Shown piece after piece: positions 55,659 to 64,000 of a DNA stretch of 64,000 bases. Below the pieces are notes generated by a model. That model worked only from the letters and a program-made list of their open reading frames with translations, had not been told where the DNA came from and ran no database searches. The first letter of the stretch is position 1. Every line of letters begins with the position of its first letter. The stretch is from a virus. The translations under genes and the position numbers were made by a program. The stretch is taken from the IMG/VR virus record IMGVR_UViG_3300031578_000017; one strand, written 5' to 3'.

Positions 55659-56725
55659 TTCTTTTCTCTTTCCATTTTTTCTATTATTTCTTTCTTAAAA
55701 CCTCCATTCTCCATGGAATCTAAAACATCTTCTATGTAATTTTGATAATTGCTTTCGCCATATTTTAACAAACTGCATATCAAAATTGTCTTTCCAAAAT
55801 CTTGCCAGAATGCATCTTCAATTGGATCTATAAATTTATCCATTAACATCCTACAATGATTTTCCAAATCAATCTGTTCTGAATGTACAGATTCTTTGAA
55901 AACAGCACAACGAAGATGTTTTTCAAAATCATATAATCTAAATATATTATCCCAGAAAGCATCTATCAAAAAATCTTGCGGCATTAAATCATTACATTTA
56001 TAATTGTAATCATAAAATTCATTTTTTTCTTCACCGAATTTTGGATTAGCTATACAGAAATAGATAAACCCTTTCTTATTCATCAATGAACACATGCAAG
56101 CATGAAGCAAAGATAAGAAGAAATAATCGTTTACAAATTCTCCATCCAATTGCACTGTTCCAAAATTAGCTATCATATCTAATCTATCGCCAATACGTTT
56201 GAATGTTATGGAAATCAAATCAGGTATATTATTACTATCTTCAAAATCTAATGATGGATCAAATATAATACAACTACTTGTTTCTATGCCACCAGATTCT
56301 AAGTCTTCAAAACATTTCTGCAATTGATCTACGCCCATAGGTTTAACAAAATCTTCAGGATCATCTATTCTAGAATTTGTATTTATTGCTTCTTGCAATT
56401 GATCTGCACCAATCCAAAATCTCATCCTTGGCCCATATGCTCCACGCAATGTTATGTTGTCGTCTGTAAGATTGTTGACATGTTTACTATAATAGCTTAG
56501 TGGAGCCAACATATTGCTACCCTTCAAATTCCAAAGAAAATAAGCTAATCTAAATCCAAGATTTGTATGTTTTGAATTTACAAAACAATCATATATTCCT
56601 AAAGAACCATTTTTCTTAAAGATTATAGGTTCTCCACAAACATAATCTAAATTTTTTGTTGCCAATTTCTTATGCTGTTCATAAGAAATTATTTCTTTAA
56701 TGTTTTCAATCGGAACCACTATCAT
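55655..56725 (-). CDS. degenerate thymidylate-synthase-fold protein
   Basis: LW.LKGSN, GAYGPRMRFW, DQL, IFDP retained; PC changed to PD, RSxD absent. Confidence 0.7.
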   Translation of the reverse strand: MIVVPIENIKEIISYEQHKKLATKNLDYVCGEPIIFKKNGSLGIYDCFVNSKHTNLGFRLAYFLWNLKGSNMLAPLSYYSKHVNNLTDDNITLRGAYGPRMRFWIGADQLQEAINTNSRIDDPEDFVKPMGVDQLQKCFEDLESGGIETSSCIIFDPSLDFEDSNNIPDLISITFKRIGDRLDMIANFGTVQLDGEFVNDYFFLSLLHACMCSLMNKKGFIYFCIANPKFGEEKNEFYDYNYKCNDLMPQDFLIDAFWDNIFRLYDFEKHLRCAVFKESVHSEQIDLENHCRMLMDKFIDPIEDAFWQDFGKTILICSLLKYGESNYQNYIEDVLDSMENGGFKKEIIEKMEREKK

Positions 56726-58122
56726 GTTTTTATGTTTCCTCCTATTTCTTCTTTCATTTTTACTTCAACCTTGTCCTTACTAGCACTGTTTTTGCTTGTC
56801 CTAATAAAAGTCATTTTTGACTTATCTGCCTGTAAAACAAATCCTTTAGCTGCAAAGTCTCTGGTTTTGATAAAATCTATATTATAAATTTCATCTTGTT
56901 CACTTTCATCTGTCAATCCGATACTTATACCAACGTCAATATTGTCAATAATATTCTTTGCAAACGCCAAATCTGATGCTTTCAAATGTTCTTTTTCAGC
57001 TTTTGCAACTGCCATCTGATTAGCTGACCATGTTGGAATTTTGAAATAACGCGCTATTTCTTGCTTGATACCTACAGCTATTTCTAATTGTTTCTGCCAA
57101 TCATATCCACCTTTTAAAATATTCATGTAATCAATCACTATTAATTTCGGCGGCTTATTTTTCTTAATAAATGATTCTATTTCATTCTTCAATATTGTAA
57201 CTGTACAAGATTGAGGAATATCCATTACGTTAAATTTGTATGGATGTTCAGTCATGAACTTATTTACTTTTCTTTCTAAAATATTAAAATGATCTGTAGA
57301 TAATGTGTAGTCTCTAAAGAATTTATAATTGATTCCAGATAATCTGCAATACAATCTTATCATGACCTGACTGGCTGGCATTTCAATAGTCACATACAAT
57401 GCGTCTCCAAAACAAAGAAAGCAATTGTAAGAAAAATCTAAAAGCATTATAGACTTACCACGACCAGGAGGTGCAGAAATTAAACCAAATTCTGATGGAC
57501 GCAAACCACCCATAACATTATCTAATTGTTCTATTCCAGTTTTAATACCTAAGTATTCTCTTGGATTTAATTGTATTTTCATATGTTCTTTTTTGAAATC
57601 TTGGAATTTAGATATAGGATCAGACAATGTGATGAACATTGGTTTTTCTTCTAGATTGCCAGTTATTGACATATAATCTTTAACTGCATAATCAATATAT
57701 TGTTGTCCACCCTCTAGAGCTTTGGTTAGATTATTAAGTATTCTAGATATAGTTGCCTCCATAGTTCTTGCTTTTTCAAGTTTAGCAATTTTCATAATCG
57801 CTGCCATACAAGTTGTCAAATTTGCTTTCTTTTTTAACAACAATGTGCTTTCCCATAATCTTAAAAAAGATTTTCTTAATTTTAATGGTTTAGATTCTAA
57901 GTGAATTTTGAATGCATCTGTATTTAAAACTAAATCTTGACTTTCATAGAATGATATTATTTGTTCATATATCCATTTTAATTTACTGCTACTAAAGAAA
58001 TCAGGTCTTATATTTTCTTTACACTTAACTATTACTTCACTATTTCTTAGACATCCAGCAATTATAATTTTTTCCGATTCTATATCTCTAAAATCGGAAA
58101 CTTTAACTTCACCTTTTTTCAA
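56722..58122 (-). CDS. DnaB-like replicative helicase
   Basis: TGIEQLD...APPGRGKS, TIEM, VIDYMN, ANQ. Confidence 0.9.
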   Translation of the reverse strand: MKKGEVKVSDFRDIESEKIIIAGCLRNSEVIVKCKENIRPDFFSSSKLKWIYEQIISFYESQDLVLNTDAFKIHLESKPLKLRKSFLRLWESTLLLKKKANLTTCMAAIMKIAKLEKARTMEATISRILNNLTKALEGGQQYIDYAVKDYMSITGNLEEKPMFITLSDPISKFQDFKKEHMKIQLNPREYLGIKTGIEQLDNVMGGLRPSEFGLISAPPGRGKSIMLLDFSYNCFLCFGDALYVTIEMPASQVMIRLYCRLSGINYKFFRDYTLSTDHFNILERKVNKFMTEHPYKFNVMDIPQSCTVTILKNEIESFIKKNKPPKLIVIDYMNILKGGYDWQKQLEIAVGIKQEIARYFKIPTWSANQMAVAKAEKEHLKASDLAFAKNIIDNIDVGISIGLTDESEQDEIYNIDFIKTRDFAAKGFVLQADKSKMTFIRTSKNSASKDKVEVKMKEEIGGNIKT

Positions 58123-59054
58123 TTGTATCTCTCTTTCATTCTTTCTACTAATTCTTTATCGCAACTAATGTTTGATTTTTCTAATTCACATTTTTCATCC
58201 TTCATATAAGAACAAAATATATTGTTGAATTTACAATATTTTAGATCCACAATTTTACACCCCTTACCATCTAAAAATTTCCTTATAGAAACTGGTTCCA
58301 ACAACATGCTTGGATTAATTAAAGTTTTTAATTCTACACATTCATTCATCCTTTTTGAAATATAATGTTTAACCACATAACGCCATTTACTCTCACGAAC
58401 CTTCTCTCTAATAAGCTTCATTAGCTTCTTCATATTTAACCTGATCGATAACATTTCTGTTTGTGCTATTGCATCTGGAAAATGAATTTTAAACTGCTCC
58501 ATGTAGAATAATACAAAATCTTTATAGGACCATTCGTTAATATCATCTTTTGTTTGTCCACCTTTTCCTATATTACCACGCAAATTTTCTAACGCATTAA
58601 TTTCTTCATATTCTTGTTTCATTAAATTACAAATTCCATGTCCTATTCTATATTTATCATACAAACATTTTATCTTTTCTAGACCACATAAATATATTCC
58701 TTTATCTACACTAGAATATTTACATTCATTACATGGTTCTATAGAATTATATCTTTTACTTATAATTAAACGAACACTATTATTTGTCTTATGTCTCATT
58801 CTTTTAACAAGACCTCTTTCTATTAATCTAGTTAAAGATTTTTGTAAAGTCTTAACACTTATTCTTAAATTAGATGTTATCGTTTCTTCATCTAACATAT
58901 TAAAATTTAAAATCATTAACATTATTCTAATATCCATCTTTGTTTTTAATCTTAATAATTCATCAAACATATCACTTCCAATAACTATACCCATTTTAAC
59001 CTCCGAACACTTAACTATTTTCGCCACACAAAAGGCTAACATTACACAAGCCAC
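58119..59054 (-). CDS. winged-helix replication/initiator-like protein with Cys clusters
   Basis: N-terminal wHTH (ISVKTLQKSLTRLIERGLV), Cys-rich segments; directly upstream of dnaB; start uncertain. Confidence 0.45.
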   Translation of the reverse strand: MACVMLAFCVAKIVKCSEVKMGIVIGSDMFDELLRLKTKMDIRIMLMILNFNMLDEETITSNLRISVKTLQKSLTRLIERGLVKRMRHKTNNSVRLIISKRYNSIEPCNECKYSSVDKGIYLCGLEKIKCLYDKYRIGHGICNLMKQEYEEINALENLRGNIGKGGQTKDDINEWSYKDFVLFYMEQFKIHFPDAIAQTEMLSIRLNMKKLMKLIREKVRESKWRYVVKHYISKRMNECVELKTLINPSMLLEPVSIRKFLDGKGCKIVDLKYCKFNNIFCSYMKDEKCELEKSNISCDKELVERMKERYN

Positions 59055-59118
59055 ACAGTTAAACGGTCGTAGAACAATCTATGCAAGCGCCGACACTATT
59101 TTTAAACACACACCAACC

Positions 59119-60960
59119 CTAAAAGGTTGGTTTTTTATTCAGTATGTTCAACATATCTTCTAACGATAGTGTTGGCTTAGATCCTAACGATGCACCTAGG
59201 AATTTTTCGAATATCTTTCTCTTAAAACTTAATTTCTCTAGAATCATATCTTCTATAGTACCCTGTGTTACAAGATTAATAACTGTCACTGTATGCTTTT
59301 GTCCTTTCCTATATACACGTCTTATTCTTTGATCTATTTTTGCAGGATTCCAAGGAAGATCAAAATTAACCACATATCTTGCAGCCTGCAAATTTGCTCC
59401 ATACGCCATACTATCGCTACAGATTAAAAATTTATAATCTTCAATTTCTATAAATTTTTTCTTTATCTTTTCTGCTTCTTCTGGTCCAGTCTTACCAGTA
59501 ATAGAAAGACACTTACCATATTTTTCCATCTCTCTTATAATAATTGGAATCATCTTATTGGCAAAGAAACTAAATATAAGAATCTTGTGCTTTTTCCCGA
59601 TATCATTTTCTACTTTATCTTTCAATACTTCTAATTTACCACTCTCTTTTATTTCTGGATCAACTGTTTCTGTTGAATCGCATATTTGAATCAGATAAAT
59701 TAACAATGCTCCTATCTCTGCCATATTAATTTTATTCTGTTTAGATTTATCTTTCAATTCTGCAAGCATACCTTCTCTTGCATCAAGATAAATTTTTCTT
59801 TGCATTTCCGTCATTGGACAAACTTCTGTCATTTCAATAAGTGGTGGTCTATCTTTCCACACTTCATCTACCGATCTTCTTATAATCCAAGATTTAATTA
59901 TCTTCTTTAATCTATTTTCGTTTCTGTGTCCAACCACATTACCAAAGTAATCACGAACCAGATAATTGTTTTGAAAACTATGGTACTCACCAAGCAAACC
60001 TTTATGAACAAAAGTTAAAGAAGGATATATCTCGTCAATTTTGTTCTCAATAAATGTACCTGACATTGGTATGACAATTCTATCTCTAGGCATTTCTTCA
60101 GTGATTTTTATAATTGCTTTTGTAGTGATTGCTTTTATATTCTTAACTCTAGATGCTTCATCTATAAATATTCCTTGAAAATGTTGCCCAATTATTATAT
60201 CTTTAAATTTATCAATAACTTCAAAATTAACTATTGCTATCATTTTATCTACTATTTGTGAACGAAACCTAACAAGAGGATCATACCTTTCACGTTTACA
60301 TTTTTCATTTCTATCACAATTCTTGCAACATATGGTCCTTAAATTCAATGTATTTGTTATTCCCAGTGGACAAACAAAATCTTTATAAGAATCAAATACA
60401 GATACTTGCTTAGGATCAATCTTTGTAAAACTTAATATTTCATCTCTCCATTGATATTTTAATCTATTTGGACAAACAATTAAGAATTTCTTATAATCAT
60501 CTTCTATTGCCTTACATATAATTCCAATTGCTTCAATCGTTTTCCCTAATCCCATATCATCACCTACCAGATATCTCTTTGCTTCAATACACACATTTAT
60601 AGCCTGTGCCTGATAAGATAAAACTTTTTTTGTTTCATCATCTGTCCATAGTTTAGATTCAAATTCAATATTTTGTTTTGCATTTTCTATTCTTTTCATT
60701 TTACCTTTATATGTCTTTTCTGCATTTAATACTTTTTCTGAAAAGAATAATCTTATATTGGATTCTAAACAAATCTTACGCAATTTATCTATATGATGTA
60801 TAAAAGTTACATATTGATCCCTTCTTTTTTCAACAGCAGAGATTACTGGCATTTGCCTTAAACTATCTACTAATTTGTCTTTCATGTGAGAGTTCTTGCA
60901 TTTAGCTGTTAACAAAAGCTCCCAATTTGGATTTAAAGTTGTGTATATTTTTGATGCCAT
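59119..60960 (-). CDS. SNF2-family helicase/ATPase
   Basis: DDMGLGKT, IDEASR, SGTFIEN, GANLQ, FDLPWNP..DQR..R..R.GQ. Confidence 0.9.
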   Translation of the reverse strand: MASKIYTTLNPNWELLLTAKCKNSHMKDKLVDSLRQMPVISAVEKRRDQYVTFIHHIDKLRKICLESNIRLFFSEKVLNAEKTYKGKMKRIENAKQNIEFESKLWTDDETKKVLSYQAQAINVCIEAKRYLVGDDMGLGKTIEAIGIICKAIEDDYKKFLIVCPNRLKYQWRDEILSFTKIDPKQVSVFDSYKDFVCPLGITNTLNLRTICCKNCDRNEKCKRERYDPLVRFRSQIVDKMIAIVNFEVIDKFKDIIIGQHFQGIFIDEASRVKNIKAITTKAIIKITEEMPRDRIVIPMSGTFIENKIDEIYPSLTFVHKGLLGEYHSFQNNYLVRDYFGNVVGHRNENRLKKIIKSWIIRRSVDEVWKDRPPLIEMTEVCPMTEMQRKIYLDAREGMLAELKDKSKQNKINMAEIGALLIYLIQICDSTETVDPEIKESGKLEVLKDKVENDIGKKHKILIFSFFANKMIPIIIREMEKYGKCLSITGKTGPEEAEKIKKKFIEIEDYKFLICSDSMAYGANLQAARYVVNFDLPWNPAKIDQRIRRVYRKGQKHTVTVINLVTQGTIEDMILEKLSFKRKIFEKFLGASLGSKPTLSLEDMLNILNKKPTF

Positions 60961-61001
60961 ATATATATAACATTTGGATAGCGCAATTTAATTAATCATT
61001 T

Positions 61002-62051
61002 TTATGCAATTTGTTTTTTCAAAATCCTACCAAATGCACACAGATATATATAATTTCCACAAGTTATAAATCGATGAGATCCACTATATGGAGCTCTAGC
61101 ACCTTCAGTAATAAATAAACTGTCTACAACAAAAGTCAAACCATCCCATTTGTATATTATATGTTCATAACTACCAGCATAGGCAGAAATATATAAATAC
61201 GATCCATATCCATAGCAAGATTGAAAATATGTACCCAATCCTGTATCTGTAATAACCCACGCAGAATCTAAAGAAGGAAGTTTCCATAAATCATCATTTA
61301 AAGGTGAAGCACCGTTGCATGTATATAATTCGCCATTAAAAATACCCATATTTTGACCATTAGGTGCATATCCAGAAACATATTGATTCTGTGTTAAAAT
61401 ATTATCATCTCCTGTATAATACCGACTTCTTGCCATTATAGCATTTTGGAATCTTTGATCTAAAAAAGAAGCACAAACCTCATTATAATCTGATGGCGGT
61501 ATTTCAAAAGTTTCTTTATCCCAATTTGATTGACTTATTCTTCGAAAACGATTTGTATAATGCATTGTTGTGGGTGAATAGGTTAACCAATTATGTGAAT
61601 GCATCCAAAATAAATACGTTCCATTATTGACAAGACCAGCATAACCTTGTGATGTAAATTCAGCATCTGGCATTTCTTCTAAAGTTAGTGTTCCATCATC
61701 ATCCAACTTGTAAACTTTATCTCTACCTGAATGTTGAGAATCTATTAATAATTGACCATTATCATTGCCAAGACTCGGAATAGTAGAACCTGCCATACTT
61801 AATCCGGTTTTTATTGTAGAGTAATTTCCAGCAGAATCTCTTTTTATTATTGAACTATTTGACATCTGCATATAAATACTAGAACCAATTGCCAACATAA
61901 ATTGTGGATAAATTCCAGTACCATAAAAATCATGATCTATTTGCCATTCTGGATTAATATATTTAGGACGTCCCCTCATACCTGCTGGAGACTTAATAAA
62001 TCCCCCTCTTCTTGTTCTATAAAAACTGCCGTATGGAAATCCATCAGCCAT
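61002..62051 (-). CDS. virion-associated beta-rich (propeller-like) protein
   Basis: repeated ..LY/..IY strand motifs; follows the fibre gene. Confidence 0.55.
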   Translation of the reverse strand: MADGFPYGSFYRTRRGGFIKSPAGMRGRPKYINPEWQIDHDFYGTGIYPQFMLAIGSSIYMQMSNSSIIKRDSAGNYSTIKTGLSMAGSTIPSLGNDNGQLLIDSQHSGRDKVYKLDDDGTLTLEEMPDAEFTSQGYAGLVNNGTYLFWMHSHNWLTYSPTTMHYTNRFRRISQSNWDKETFEIPPSDYNEVCASFLDQRFQNAIMARSRYYTGDDNILTQNQYVSGYAPNGQNMGIFNGELYTCNGASPLNDDLWKLPSLDSAWVITDTGLGTYFQSCYGYGSYLYISAYAGSYEHIIYKWDGLTFVVDSLFITEGARAPYSGSHRFITCGNYIYLCAFGRILKKQIA

Positions 62052-62062
62052 TTATATTATCC

Positions 62063-63988
<1,926 letters not shown>

Positions 63989-64000
63989 TTGTCCTTTTTT

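Overview
The window is a fragment of a large, AT-rich lytic dsDNA bacteriophage genome. There is no rRNA, no capsid or terminase gene and no CRISPR array here, and standard code 11 gives intact genes. 1-15.7 kb: leftward early/accessory region of small ORFs driven by a repeated sigma70-like promoter family. It holds five tRNAs, a free-standing PD-(D/E)xK endonuclease, a FliS flagellar-chaperone homolog, a bL12-CTD-like protein, and two GC-rich islands punctuated by a repeated structured intergenic element. 16-21.5 kb: rightward block with a Hel308/Ski2-like helicase and a HAD phosphatase. 21.6-61 kb: leftward replication, recombination and nucleotide-metabolism block (DnaG, class II RNR, ligase, 5'-3' exonuclease, two sigma-like factors, split SbcC plus SbcD, dUTPase, intein-containing RecA, DnaE, HU, DnaB, SNF2). 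This block embeds a probable DNA hypermodification kit: a dUMP-type thymidylate-synthase-fold hydroxymethylase, a catalytically degenerate paralog, a T4 AGT-like glycosyltransferase and a MazG-like enzyme. It also embeds a glycan island: SDR epimerase, RmlC, RmlD, a GT9-GT2-methyltransferase fusion, two methyltransferases and a sulfotransferase-like gene. 61-64 kb: start of virion genes, including a Thr-rich collagen-like fibre. All family assignments come from recognising motifs by eye; no database search was run.
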